From assembly GCA_028285305.1 (NCBI GenBank), contig JANQPV010000004.1, positions 152,605 through 216,604 on the forward strand: DNA of 64,000 nt, given 5' to 3'. Made by a program: the position numbers and the translations under genes. Position 1 is the stretch's first letter, and the number at the start of each line of letters is the position of its first letter. This document shows positions 1-9,931 of the stretch, piece by piece. The notes beneath the pieces were generated by a model. That model had not been told where the DNA came from. It saw nothing but the letters and a program-made list of their open reading frames with translations, and ran no database searches. The stretch is from Alphaproteobacteria bacterium. GTDB taxonomy: Bacteria > Pseudomonadota > Alphaproteobacteria > SMXP01.

Positions 1-446
1 AGGGCTCTCATAACTTCGGGGCGCTTATCGATCCGGGGACCGAAATACGACACGACTGCCAAACATCCATTCTTTCCGATAACTGGAAAAGAAAGCCCTC
101 CAGTCAGGCCAAAGTCCTTGGACTCCTTGAGCACGCGAGAAGCGTTTGAGCCTTCGCTCACAGATGACTCCACCTCTAACCAAGAGATTGGTGAAGCCGA
201 CGACTTCTGCGCTGCGCGCAGTATGGGATCGTCAAGCGCATACTCTTGTTTGGTATAGTGCGCCCACCATTCGCTGGGCTGCCCGATGAGAACGCAAGAG
301 ACTTCCGCAGAGGGACATTCGACAACAGCGGCCCAATCTACGCCGTACGGCTTCAGGATCTCATGTACGTAATTCGACAGGTCATCGCAGCTGTGTTGAC
401 GCTCTATACCCTTGACGATGTTGAAGATATCGCGGTTCAGGGACAT
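1..446 (-). CDS. LuxR-family regulator, autoinducer-binding N-terminal domain (partial; 3' end beyond window edge)
   Basis: My own translation of the minus strand from ATG 444-446 (AAGGAG 8 nt upstream) stays open to position 1: MSLNRDIFNIVKG...QPSEWWAHYTKQEYALDDPILRAA...SPISW...FGLTGGLSFPVIGKNGCLAVVSYFG. The W-x2-Y...DP...W...G-x-G pattern is typical of LuxR/TraR ligand-binding domains. It is absent from the ORF track because there is no stop in the window. Confidence 0.6.
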   Translation of the reverse strand, partial: MSLNRDIFNIVKGIERQHSCDDLSNYVHEILKPYGVDWAAVVECPSAEVSCVLIGQPSEWWAHYTKQEYALDDPILRAAQKSSASPISWLEVESSVSEGSNASRVLKESKDFGLTGGLSFPVIGKNGCLAVVSYFGPRIDKRPEVMRA

Positions 447-543
447 GTTTCGATCTCCTTGTGAGACGAATGCGAGAGTTCAGCATGGCAGACAAGTGCA
501 CGGATCTCAACGAAACGAATTGCATTGGTAGGATTGAGCGCAC

Positions 544-1566
544 CTACTCAAACAGCACCACCTCATCGTACCGGGGCAGGGTCTCGAACGTCAGGTCCGG
601 GTGCGCGGCTTCTTTAGCCTTCAGAAAAGGCAATGTGTTCTCTTCGCCGCCGGAGAGAACGCCCAAGACCACGGACTGACCTTTGAAGGGGCCTTCAATG
701 GGCCCGGTGAGACTGTCGTAATGGATGGGGATCACCCGCGCGGCCCCAACCGTTTCCACCGTCTCCCGCCAATACTCTTCCCGGTAGTCTGCCGTTTGTC
801 CGCCGAGCCCGCCAATGCCGAGAAAGATCGCATCCGCCTCGTAGCCGTCGAGGCCACCCTCTTCATAGCCGGCGCTCCCCACAATGACGAATGAGCCTTT
901 TGGGTGGTCCACGTGCAGCACATAGGCCTTGCCGAGACGGTAGTCGAAGGCGCCCACCGGCGGAACGAGGGGCTCTTTGATTTCGGGATTCCCCAGCGCC
1001 CGCTCTCTCACCTGAGGGTCAGGGAACTGAAAGTGTTTCGACTCGATTGGTGTGACTGTAAATGCGCCGAGGCTCACCGGCGTGCGATCGTCAAAAACTT
1101 CGATTTGCGCTTCATCGAGCCCCCAGCCGCGTCCGATATTGGCGGTTGATTCCGAGCCCATTAGGAGCGCGCCCGTCCGCTTTGCGACTTCGGGCGCATC
1201 CATGGCGTGATCATAGTGGGAATGAACCGGAATAACGGCGGCCAGGCTCTCGACTTCGTTGGCCGCGAGTCCGTTCGTGATGGCATCCATATCTGGCCCA
1301 ATTTTGCCGACCACCAATTGCAACGCACTCGGCCGGCTAAACCATCCGTCCACCATCCAATCGGTTTCCCCGTCGCTAAACAGCAATGTGGAGGTCCCGG
1401 TAAACCGCACCGTGACGGGTCCCGGAGGCGCTGTCTCCGACGCCTCAAGCGCCCATGCCGGATCGACGGTGGGATCCGCGTAACGGTTAAGAATGATCGC
1501 GCCTAATGCAACGACTGCCACGACCACAACTAAAACGCTGATCAGTATCGCTCTCAAAATCCCCAC
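544..1566 (-). CDS. Membrane-anchored metallo-beta-lactamase-fold hydrolase
   Basis: 340-aa ORF with an N-terminal TM helix (ILISVLVVVVAVVALGAIIL) and the HSHYDH (H-x-H-x-D-H) metal-binding motif of the MBL fold. Confidence 0.8.
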   Translation of the reverse strand: MGILRAILISVLVVVVAVVALGAIILNRYADPTVDPAWALEASETAPPGPVTVRFTGTSTLLFSDGETDWMVDGWFSRPSALQLVVGKIGPDMDAITNGLAANEVESLAAVIPVHSHYDHAMDAPEVAKRTGALLMGSESTANIGRGWGLDEAQIEVFDDRTPVSLGAFTVTPIESKHFQFPDPQVRERALGNPEIKEPLVPPVGAFDYRLGKAYVLHVDHPKGSFVIVGSAGYEEGGLDGYEADAIFLGIGGLGGQTADYREEYWRETVETVGAARVIPIHYDSLTGPIEGPFKGQSVVLGVLSGGEENTLPFLKAKEAAHPDLTFETLPRYDEVVLFE

Positions 1567-1609
1567 TCCTCCCAGCTAAGGAACAAGACCGTGTGATGAC
1601 CGGGTGCCC

Positions 1610-2017
1610 TTAAGCCCCCTTCGGCTTCTTCTCCGCCACCGGCCCGCCGGCCTCTTTCCACGCAGTGAAGCCTCCGCCGATATGGGCAACGGGCGATAGA
1701 CCCATATCTTGAACGGTCTTTGTGGAGAGTGCAGAGCGCCAACCCGACGCGCAGTAAAAGACGTACCTCTTATCTTCCGCGAACACTGGCTTGTGATACT
1801 TACTCTCCGGGTGGACCCAGAACTCCAGCATGCCCCGCGGACAGTGATAGGCGCCCGGGATCATGCCGTCGCGCTCCAACTCGCGGATGTCGCGTAGATC
1901 GACGATCATGACCCCCGTGTCCTCGGTCAGCTTTAGCGCGTCTTTCGCATCGATCGTTTCGATCTCTGCATTGGCTTTCGCCAGCATGTCGTCGAAACCG
2001 ACTTTCATTTCCGCCAT
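1610..2017 (-). CDS. Rhodanese-domain sulfurtransferase
   Basis: 135 aa, the size of a single rhodanese domain, with active-site Cys loop CASGWRSA. ATG at 2015-2017. Confidence 0.85.
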   Translation of the reverse strand: MAEMKVGFDDMLAKANAEIETIDAKDALKLTEDTGVMIVDLRDIRELERDGMIPGAYHCPRGMLEFWVHPESKYHKPVFAEDKRYVFYCASGWRSALSTKTVQDMGLSPVAHIGGGFTAWKEAGGPVAEKKPKGA

Positions 2018-2377
2018 GGGATCCTCCCTAACAAATCGAAATCCGAAGCGTCATGCTTCGCGATCGGTCTTTCAACCTTTGTCTACCAAGCGAGTGATGC
2101 GGACAACCCCCTCGAAACGAAAAGCTAGGCCCTTCGGCTGGCGTTCTGGCAACTTCTACGCGTCATTTCTCCGGCAAGCGAGCAAGGCGAGCGCTGACCG
2201 GGGATCCAGCTTCGAGTGATGGACCCCCGCTCGGCGGACCTTTGGCCCACAGGGGGGGTATGCCTATAGTTTGGAGAGGCAGATGGAGTTGGGCGAGCGG
2301 GCGCGATCGCGGCGCAAGCTCTTGCCCCGATGAGCCACGTTTGCCAACATAAGCGGAAGAGCAGAGGAGGAAAAACC

Positions 2378-3226
2378 ATGGACTGCAAATCGGGCGAAGT
2401 CGCCTTCATAACAGGAGGCGCCAGCGGCATCGGCCTGGGAACAGCGAAAATCTTGGCGGCAGAGGGCATGTCCATCGCACTGGCGGATATCGAAGAAGGG
2501 GCGCTCCAACGGGCCGTCGAAGAAATAACATCCGCGGGCGGAACGGCCGCGCCTTTTGTCGTCGACGTCAAGGACCGCCAAGCTATGGCCGCCGCCAAGG
2601 ACGCCGTTTTGGGCCAATTCGGCAAGGTCAATCTGATCTTCAACAATGCCGGAGTGAACGCCATGGCGCCCATCGACGAGCTGACCTATGACGACTGGGA
2701 TTGGGTCATGGGTGTCAACTTGGACGGTGTAATCAACGGTGTGATGGCCTTTGTCCATGAACTCAAGAAACACGGCACCGACGCCCATATCGTCAGCACG
2801 GCCTCGGTCGGAGGTCTCGTGGGCATGCCGAACCTTGCCATCTACAACACCACCAAGTTCGGTGTCGTCGGCCTGTCCGAGGCCTTGCGGGCCGACCTAC
2901 GCGAATCGGGCGTGGGCGTCTCTGTTCTCTGTCCGGGTTTGGTGAAAACAAATCTCGCCACGTCCGAGCGCAACCGGCCCGGCAACGAAGGCAAGGACTT
3001 CGAAATGCCGGGCGATGATCCCATGTCTGCGATGGGAATGGATCCTCAGGAAATTGGCAAAGCCGTACTGGACGCAGTGCGCGGGCGCGACTTCTTCATC
3101 TGCACCCATCCCGAATTCAAAGATGTGATCAAACAGCGCAACGCGGCGCTCGAGGCGGCGTTCAAAGGCGAGGCCCCCCAGGACGTCGTCGACGTCATGA
3201 GGGCGATGGTTTGGACGTTCGACTGA
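2378..3226 (+). CDS. Short-chain dehydrogenase/reductase (SDR)
   Basis: TGGASGIGLG Rossmann motif, NNAG, and catalytic YNTTK (Y-x3-K). ORF-track frame trimmed to ATG 2378, preceded by GAGGAGG. Confidence 0.9.
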   Translation: MDCKSGEVAFITGGASGIGLGTAKILAAEGMSIALADIEEGALQRAVEEITSAGGTAAPFVVDVKDRQAMAAAKDAVLGQFGKVNLIFNNAGVNAMAPIDELTYDDWDWVMGVNLDGVINGVMAFVHELKKHGTDAHIVSTASVGGLVGMPNLAIYNTTKFGVVGLSEALRADLRESGVGVSVLCPGLVKTNLATSERNRPGNEGKDFEMPGDDPMSAMGMDPQEIGKAVLDAVRGRDFFICTHPEFKDVIKQRNAALEAAFKGEAPQDVVDVMRAMVWTFD

Positions 3227-3314
3227 CGTTGCAGCGAATTTGCGGTGGCGAAAAGTTGAAACTCCGGCTACCGTAAAACAAACAGAACTGACCGTTATTG
3301 AAAGGGCAAATGCG

Positions 3315-4601
3315 ATGAGTGAAACGCTAGCAGGCCAACATTCCGAAATCCGGTTGTTCGACCCGGAAACCCTGGTGAACCCCTACCCAGCCTACAAGCA
3401 GATGCGCGATACGGCACCGGTCTATTATTTGCCGGAAATGAACCTTCATGTGGTCACCCGGTACGATTTACTGCGCCAGGCGATCGTGGACACGGAGACG
3501 TTTTCCAGTCGCTATGACAGCTTTTTACAGCAGTCCCAAAAGATAATGTTCGAAAGCGCATCCCCCGAAGTTCAAGCCGAACTCTTGGACTTGGCGGGAC
3601 AGATGGTCGAGGTTCCGCCCACAATGCTCACTCTGGATGAGCCGGACCACACCAAATATCGTTCGCTCGTTAATCAGCTCTTCACCGTGTCCCGCATTCG
3701 CGCCGCGGAACCCGCTGTCCAAGCCGTCATCGATAAAACCATTGAGGGCTTTGGCGAGGAGACCGAAATCGAGTTTGTTGAGCGGTTCGCCTTTCCGGTG
3801 CCTCTGACAATCATTGCGGAGCGCCTGGGTATTCCCGAAGCCGACAGAGAGTTCTTTGACGATGCGGCAACGGCGGCGGCAGCCGCCCTGCGCCTAACGC
3901 CTTTGAGCGGGGAGGAAATGGTGCGCCGCGCCAAGCTCGGTCTGGATTTGCAGAAGTTGCTGATTGGCCTTGTTGAGGCACGGCGGGAGGATCCCCAGGA
4001 CGACATGATAACGATCCTGGCAACATCAAAGCTGCAGCCAGAGGATCGCTACCTGACCCACGGTGAAACGCTCGGTATACTGAATCAGTTCTTAGTTGCG
4101 GGCCACGAAACGACAGCAAGCACATTCGCGTGGGGCATGTTGATTATGTGTCAAAACCCGGGTCTTGAAGATGAGCTGCGCGCCGAACCAAAGCTTATGA
4201 AGACCTTCATCGAGGAGGCATTGCGGCTCGAGTCGCCGGTTCAGGGTCTGCCGCGCTTGGTCACGAAAGATACTGAACTTGACGGTTATCCCCTCAAAGC
4301 CGGCGACATGATCATGTTGAGGTATGGGGCCGCCAATCGCGATGAACGCAAATTCGAAGATCCCGACGTGTGCGATCTGCACAGGTCCAAGGCGGGGGCG
4401 CAGATGGCCTTCGGGTCGGGCGTTCATGCGTGCATTGGAGCCCCCCTCGCGCGTCAGGAACTCTCTCTTGGCTTTCCGGCCCTGTTAAGGCACGCAAAGA
4501 ATTATCGTCTTGATCCGAGCAAGCCGCAGCCAGAAGCCGAGGCAAGCTTCATTCTTCGGAACTTGCCGTATCTCCACATTCAGTTTGACCGCTTGAGCTA
4601 A
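3315..4601 (+). CDS. Cytochrome P450
   Basis: I-helix AGHETTAS, ExxR (EEALRLESP), heme loop FGSGVHACIGAPLA. ATG 3315 lies in the ORF-track frame. Confidence 0.9.
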   Translation: MSETLAGQHSEIRLFDPETLVNPYPAYKQMRDTAPVYYLPEMNLHVVTRYDLLRQAIVDTETFSSRYDSFLQQSQKIMFESASPEVQAELLDLAGQMVEVPPTMLTLDEPDHTKYRSLVNQLFTVSRIRAAEPAVQAVIDKTIEGFGEETEIEFVERFAFPVPLTIIAERLGIPEADREFFDDAATAAAAALRLTPLSGEEMVRRAKLGLDLQKLLIGLVEARREDPQDDMITILATSKLQPEDRYLTHGETLGILNQFLVAGHETTASTFAWGMLIMCQNPGLEDELRAEPKLMKTFIEEALRLESPVQGLPRLVTKDTELDGYPLKAGDMIMLRYGAANRDERKFEDPDVCDLHRSKAGAQMAFGSGVHACIGAPLARQELSLGFPALLRHAKNYRLDPSKPQPEAEASFILRNLPYLHIQFDRLS

Positions 4602-4612
4602 GCGAGAGCCGG

Positions 4613-5122
4613 CTACGCTTGTTGTGAGGCGCCGGCTTCCGTTGCTTGTTGTTCCGCGTGCTGCCGGAACAGCGCCGCGAAGTCGATAGGATCAAGCATC
4701 AGGGGCGGAAAGCCGCCGTCCCGGGTTGCGTCCGCTAGGATGCGCCGTGCGAAGGGAAACAGCATCCGCGGGCACTCAATGAGCACAACCGGTTGAACTT
4801 GTTCTTGGGGAATGTTGATCAATTTAAAGACGCCGCCATAAACCAGTTCAACGATGAACGCCGGCCCGTCCTCGCGATCGGCCGTCACGCTAATCTTGAG
4901 ATCGCTTTCGAATTCATCGTCCGTGCGCCGCTTGGCTTGCACATCGACCGAAACATTGATCTGCGGGTTCGGCTGATTGCTGGCAAGACTATCGGGAGCC
5001 TTGGGGTTTTCAAACGAGAAGTCTTTCATAAATTGGGCTAGGATGCGCAGTTGTGGCGCTTCCGCGTTTTGTGCTTCCGTTGCGCCGTTAGACGGGCCGG
5101 AAGAAGTATCGGTATTGGACAT
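4613..5122 (-). CDS. secB: Protein-export chaperone SecB
   Basis: LRILAQFMKDFSFENPKAP and LIECPRMLFPFARRILADATRDGGFPPLMLDPIDF are classic SecB segments. Trimmed to ATG 5120-5122 (MSNTDTSS...). Confidence 0.9.
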   Translation of the reverse strand: MSNTDTSSGPSNGATEAQNAEAPQLRILAQFMKDFSFENPKAPDSLASNQPNPQINVSVDVQAKRRTDDEFESDLKISVTADREDGPAFIVELVYGGVFKLINIPQEQVQPVVLIECPRMLFPFARRILADATRDGGFPPLMLDPIDFAALFRQHAEQQATEAGASQQA

Positions 5123-5489
5123 GATGGGATTTTGCCTCTGTTTTTGAGTGCACCGCTTCGCTAACACTTTCGTAATAAGCGTACAAGCGCACAAAGATGG
5201 CCCCATATTTGGATAATGACGGGTTAATGTCTTAATCCGGTCCAAAAGATGAGGGCACTATACGGAGAGTTCAGACTTTTTTGAAAGTGTTAGCCAGTCG
5301 ATCACGGTGGACCGTGGGCCCATAGGCATATATGGTGTGGCAACCAACTGAGCCGAGATGGGACATTATCCGCGAGAGTCGCTTGCATCTCGAATACCGT
5401 TCGGTTTGACTAGGAATACTGTAATTTTCGTCGCAATTGATCTTTAAGGCAGCTGGCAGTCGTAGGGTCCCGCGTAAAAGAGCAACAAA

Positions 5490-6215
5490 ATGGAAAACTC
5501 GAATTCTTTCATCGATATCATTATCCTGGCCGTCGTCACCGGGCTCTTGATTTGGCGTCTCAGGAGTGCTCTTGGCCGGCGCACCGGAAATGAGCGTCAA
5601 CACCCGCTAGGACAGCCCAGGCAAGGCGATGTGAACTCTGCCCAAGGAAACGATAATGTGATTTCCTTGCCGGGACGCACGCAAGAAGATTTTCAAGAAG
5701 ATGCCGAACAGCAAAAGGCGACCATGGCGCAATTCGCTCCCGAAGGTTCCGAATTATCCGAAAAGCTCTTGGAGCTTCAATCCGTCGATAGATCTTTCAC
5801 GGCCGGAGAGTTCCTGTCGGGAGCAAAAATGGCGTACGAGATGATCGTGACGTCGTTTGCATCGAACGATCGCGAAACGTTGCGCCCGCTCTTGGCCGCG
5901 GATGTGTTTGAAAAATTCGATCAAGTCATGACGGAGCGGGAAGAGAAAGACATGACCGTTGAGACCGAGTTTGTTGGCGTTCAGTCAGCGGACTTTGTGA
6001 AGGCGAGTCTGCGGGACCGGATATCCGAAGTCACCGTCAAATTCATCAGCGAATTGGTTTCGGTGACCAAGAACGCGGATGGTGCGGTCATCGAGGGCGA
6101 TCCCACGAGAATTAAAAAGGTGACCGATGTTTGGACCTTCATGCGCGATGTCACAAACCCCGACCCCAATTGGAAATTGATCCGCACCGAAGCGGAAGCA
6201 AAACCGGTAGCCTAA
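5490..6215 (+). CDS. Tim44-like domain membrane protein
   Basis: N-terminal TM helix, then a C-terminal region of about 150 aa (FTAGEFLSGAKMAYEMIV...VWTFMRD) resembling the Tim44-like domain. It occupies the position between secB and mltA that is conserved in alphaproteobacteria. Confidence 0.8.
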   Translation: MENSNSFIDIIILAVVTGLLIWRLRSALGRRTGNERQHPLGQPRQGDVNSAQGNDNVISLPGRTQEDFQEDAEQQKATMAQFAPEGSELSEKLLELQSVDRSFTAGEFLSGAKMAYEMIVTSFASNDRETLRPLLAADVFEKFDQVMTEREEKDMTVETEFVGVQSADFVKASLRDRISEVTVKFISELVSVTKNADGAVIEGDPTRIKKVTDVWTFMRDVTNPDPNWKLIRTEAEAKPVA

Positions 6216-6246
6216 CCCCCCACCTAACGCCCATAGTGGAATTTGG

Positions 6247-7470
6247 TTGAGACCCTTTTGGCAATCTCCTTACGCACCTGCTCTCTTGGTCGCACTGCTG
6301 TTCGCAGTTGCCTTGATTGGACCATTGTTTTGGAAGGGACCTGGTCAAGACCAGCTTGCCCTGTCTGCGCACGCCGTTGCGAACCTCAATGGGTGGAAAC
6401 AAGACGATAAAGCCGGTGCTTTTGCCGCCTTTGTGCGCTCATGTGAGAGGCACAGCCGAAAGCCAAAGGACCAGCCTCTTTCCGAGCGCATACAATCAGC
6501 CGCTTTGCAAGCGCTCTACGGCACATGGGAAGATTGGCAGCCTCTGTGCAGTCAAGCAAGCGCGATGGGGGAGGCGAGCCCCGAAAGTATCGCCGCTTTC
6601 TTCGAACAAAACTTCATGGCAGTACAGATTAAATCGGACGGCGAGAGCACGGGCCTGTTCACCGGCTATCACGAATACTATTTGCGCGGCGCAAGAGAGC
6701 AAAGTGAGAAATACGCAACGCCCTTACTGCGCCGGCCGGATGATTTGGTCACGGTCAACCTGGGCTCGTTTCGTCCCGAACTAAGGGGCGAGAACTTGGC
6801 CGGCCGTCTGGCGGACGGCAGACTTGTGCCCTACGCCACCCGGGCAGAGATCGGCGCGGAGTTTGATGCGGACAATGTCCTGTTGTGGGCGGCCGATCCG
6901 GTGGATGCGTTCTTCCTGCAAATCCAAGGAAGCGGCCGGGCAGAACTACCGGACGGGACTTTCGTCATGCTCAACTATGCCGCCCAAAACGGTCACCCCT
7001 ATACGTCGATCGGCCGGGTCCTGATCGATGAAGGCGCGTTACAGCGGGAAGACGTGACCGCCGACTCTATTAAAGACTGGCTACGGAACAATCCGGCGGA
7101 CGCCGAGCGGATTATGCATGAAAACGCCTCCTATGTGTTCTTTCGCATTTTAGAGGACGTGGACCCTGATCTTGGCCCTCCCGGCGCCCAAGACGTACCG
7201 CTTTCTCCTGAACGGAGTTTGGCGATTGATCTGCGCTATCATGCGCTCGGGGTGCCCATTTGGCTTGAAACCGATGTGCCGGGCGACGGCGATGCCCACT
7301 TGAAGCGCCTTATGGTCAGTCAAGACACGGGCGGCGCCATCCGAGGCCCCATCCGAGGCGACGTCTTTTGGGGATTCGGACCGCGCGCCGAAGCCATGGC
7401 TGGAGACATGAAGCATCAAGGAAGAATTTACGTCTTGGTCCCCAAACATCTGGCGGCTAGTCTCGACTAG
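6247..7470 (+). CDS. mltA: Membrane-bound lytic murein transglycosylase A
   Basis: N-terminal anchor, a central MltA-type region, and a C-terminal 3D-domain-like DTGGAIRGPIRGDVFWG. The TTG start at 6247 is uncertain. Confidence 0.8.
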   Translation: MRPFWQSPYAPALLVALLFAVALIGPLFWKGPGQDQLALSAHAVANLNGWKQDDKAGAFAAFVRSCERHSRKPKDQPLSERIQSAALQALYGTWEDWQPLCSQASAMGEASPESIAAFFEQNFMAVQIKSDGESTGLFTGYHEYYLRGAREQSEKYATPLLRRPDDLVTVNLGSFRPELRGENLAGRLADGRLVPYATRAEIGAEFDADNVLLWAADPVDAFFLQIQGSGRAELPDGTFVMLNYAAQNGHPYTSIGRVLIDEGALQREDVTADSIKDWLRNNPADAERIMHENASYVFFRILEDVDPDLGPPGAQDVPLSPERSLAIDLRYHALGVPIWLETDVPGDGDAHLKRLMVSQDTGGAIRGPIRGDVFWGFGPRAEAMAGDMKHQGRIYVLVPKHLAASLD

Positions 7471-7482
7471 GCGGATGTCCCG

Positions 7483-8055
7483 ATGTCCAAGAAGCGCAAA
7501 CTCTCTCCCGAAGAAGAAGCCCTGTGGGCGCATGTCACAAAGTCTGTTGAGCCTCTTCAACCGGCAGAGCGTGAGGTACAGCGTTCGCAGTCCGCACTGA
7601 ACCAGTCCCTGAAACGTGACACCGCACCCAAAGCGGTTGCGCCCAAGGCACCGGTTCAGCCCGCCTCGCCGGCGAAACGAACCTCCCGCCCGAAACACAC
7701 GAACCATCCGCCCATTGATCATCGCGCCTTGCGCAAGCTGCGCCGTGGCAGGACCCAGGTCGATGCGTCCCTCGACTTGCATGGCCTAACCCAAGCGCAG
7801 GCCCACACCGCTTTGCGGGGCTTCATCACCAGCTGCCGGCAACGGGGTCTCAAGAACGTGATCATCGTCACCGGCAAGGGGGGCCCGTCAACCGGTAAGT
7901 GGCTAGGAGCCGAAGAGCGCGGCGTCCTCCGCCGTCAAGTGCCCCATTGGCTTGCAACACCGCCCCTTGTCCACGAAGTCGTGGGCTTCAACCCTGCCGG
8001 CCCCCGCCATGGCGGCGACGGTGCGATCTATGTGGTGCTGAAAGGGAAGGGGTGA
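7483..8055 (+). CDS. Smr-domain protein
   Basis: C-terminal Smr domain: LDLHGLTQAQAHTALRGFI...VIIVTGKG. Confidence 0.85.
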   Translation: MSKKRKLSPEEEALWAHVTKSVEPLQPAEREVQRSQSALNQSLKRDTAPKAVAPKAPVQPASPAKRTSRPKHTNHPPIDHRALRKLRRGRTQVDASLDLHGLTQAQAHTALRGFITSCRQRGLKNVIIVTGKGGPSTGKWLGAEERGVLRRQVPHWLATPPLVHEVVGFNPAGPRHGGDGAIYVVLKGKG

Positions 8056-8076
8056 ACCCCCGCGGACGAGAATGGA

Positions 8077-8919
8077 TTAAGGTGTTCCGCCTAGTTCAAG
8101 ATCGCCAAATCCGCCCAATACCGTTCGCTCGCCGCGAAACCAACGAAACGTATCATAAGCATCGAACAGGTTGGAAATCCCGATTACAATGAAATAGGCC
8201 AGAGTATACTCGTAAAGAAACTCATGCGCCTTAAGTGAAGCCGGCTGGAACAGGAGCAACCATCCGGAGAACGCCTGGAGAGGAACCCATGGAATGAGAT
8301 GAGGCAAAGAGGTCAGTTTGGAGATACCGCGCTCATGCGTCACCAGAGCCAAATTTGAAACGAGCACAAATCCAAATCCAATCGCCGCGGCGGCAGGAAA
8401 AAGGTGTCGTGTTTCGACGAAGAACACAACGGACGCGAGATTGATTGGAGCAAGGAACAACCAAACCCAAGCTTGCACCCATAAAGGTGCGGCGCGAAGA
8501 GATCGGAAGGCCTCTGAAAGGCGTCCGAAAAAACCGTAGCCGACCTGCAAGAACCATAGCCCCAGCCCCAAGAACAAGACCGTTTCAAAGGGCAAGAGAA
8601 AATGAATTGTCTTGAGCTCTGCATTGTCCGCCAAATACGCCCAGAGCCGCATGATGCCCAACAGCAAAAAGGCGAGGCCCGCCCCGCTGACCGCAGCCTC
8701 GCCAGGTTCACCGAGGGATTGGAGAACTCGACCCTGGGCATAAGCCAAGCCTAGGGCAATACAGCCTCCAGTCGCCGCGAGATAGTAAGCAATCCCATTG
8801 AGCTGGAGGTCGCCAATGGAAGTCGGCGCAAAGTTCGTCAGATAAAAACCAAACGAAGCAAAAAGCACCATCCCGATGCTGGCGAAAAATACTCCGCTAA
8901 GAATAAGCATTTTGCGCAT
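8077..8919 (-). CDS. Polytopic membrane protein, unknown family
   Basis: ORF-track frame trimmed to ATG 8917-8919 (MRKMLILSGVFFASIGMVLF...). It has about 8-9 hydrophobic helices and no motif I recognise. Divergent from the MmyB-like regulator. Confidence 0.5.
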   Translation of the reverse strand: MRKMLILSGVFFASIGMVLFASFGFYLTNFAPTSIGDLQLNGIAYYLAATGGCIALGLAYAQGRVLQSLGEPGEAAVSGAGLAFLLLGIMRLWAYLADNAELKTIHFLLPFETVLFLGLGLWFLQVGYGFFGRLSEAFRSLRAAPLWVQAWVWLFLAPINLASVVFFVETRHLFPAAAAIGFGFVLVSNLALVTHERGISKLTSLPHLIPWVPLQAFSGWLLLFQPASLKAHEFLYEYTLAYFIVIGISNLFDAYDTFRWFRGERTVLGGFGDLELGGTP

Positions 8920-9025
8920 GGATTGATCTCCATTCTCGAATGCTGTTGGGAGTAGATCGAAAGATGGCCGAAATCCATTCCTTGCCAGGGAATGGATCGC
9001 ATTTGCGCATTTGTTAGAATGAGAA

Positions 9026-9841
9026 GTGACTGAGAAATCAACCAGCCTAGACTTTGGATCCCTTCTTCGATCTTGGCGGCGCAAGCGGCGCTTTTCCCAA
9101 GAAGCACTGGCGGGAGCGATCGAGACCACCACGCGCCACTTGAGTTTTATGGAGAACGGGCGATCACGACCATCAAGGCAGATGATCGTTCGTTTGTCGA
9201 CGGCGCTAGATCTGCCTTACCGGGAACGCAATGTCCTCTTGAGGGCCGCCGGGTTTGCGGGCCTTTACAAGCAAAGTGAATTGGAAAGCGAGGATATCGG
9301 CCTCGCCCTCAGAGCTTTTCGGCGCCTGATGGAGAGGCATAATCCGTATCCCACTTTTTTGCTCGACCGCTCTTGGCGAATCCTCGAGGTCAACGAGAGT
9401 GGCAGCGTTTTCCTATCTTTCTGTCAGACGGACGTGCCGCAACACGACGGATTAACAGTGTTCGATTTGTTTTTTGACCCTGCCCAACTTAGGCCCTTGA
9501 TCGCTAATTGGAGCGAGTGCGCGCGCCACTCCATTCAGCGTCTCCATAGAGAATCGCTCGAACTGTCCGATGCCGAAGCCATAATGCAACGATTGCGCAG
9601 ATTTCCGGATGTGCCGGAAGATTGGTGGGCGTATGACGGATCCTATGCCGTCCGCCCAGTTGTCCCTGTGCAGTTTCGCGTTGGAACAAGTGAATTGAGC
9701 GTCTTCTCGCTCGTCACCAGTTTAGGAACGCCTACGGATGTGACATCGCAGGAATTGAGACTGGAGACACTATTTCCCGCCGATAAAGAAACAGAAAGAA
9801 CACTTAAAGAATTCAGCTTAAAGAATAAAAAGCCAGGGTAG
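9026..9841 (+). CDS. XRE-type HTH regulator with MmyB-like C-terminal domain
   Basis: GTG start. HTH segment LRSWRRKRRFSQEALAGAIETTTRHLSFMENGRSRPSRQMIVRLSTAL is followed by an MmyB-like region (YPTFLLDRSWRILEVN...). Confidence 0.75.
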   Translation: MTEKSTSLDFGSLLRSWRRKRRFSQEALAGAIETTTRHLSFMENGRSRPSRQMIVRLSTALDLPYRERNVLLRAAGFAGLYKQSELESEDIGLALRAFRRLMERHNPYPTFLLDRSWRILEVNESGSVFLSFCQTDVPQHDGLTVFDLFFDPAQLRPLIANWSECARHSIQRLHRESLELSDAEAIMQRLRRFPDVPEDWWAYDGSYAVRPVVPVQFRVGTSELSVFSLVTSLGTPTDVTSQELRLETLFPADKETERTLKEFSLKNKKPG

Positions 9842-9931
9842 AGTTAGTGGAACGGAGCGAGTCCGCCTCATGTCGATAAAGCATCAGCAGGAAGAGCAAA
9901 AGTCTGGCTGAGAGACGTCACAACCGCATAT

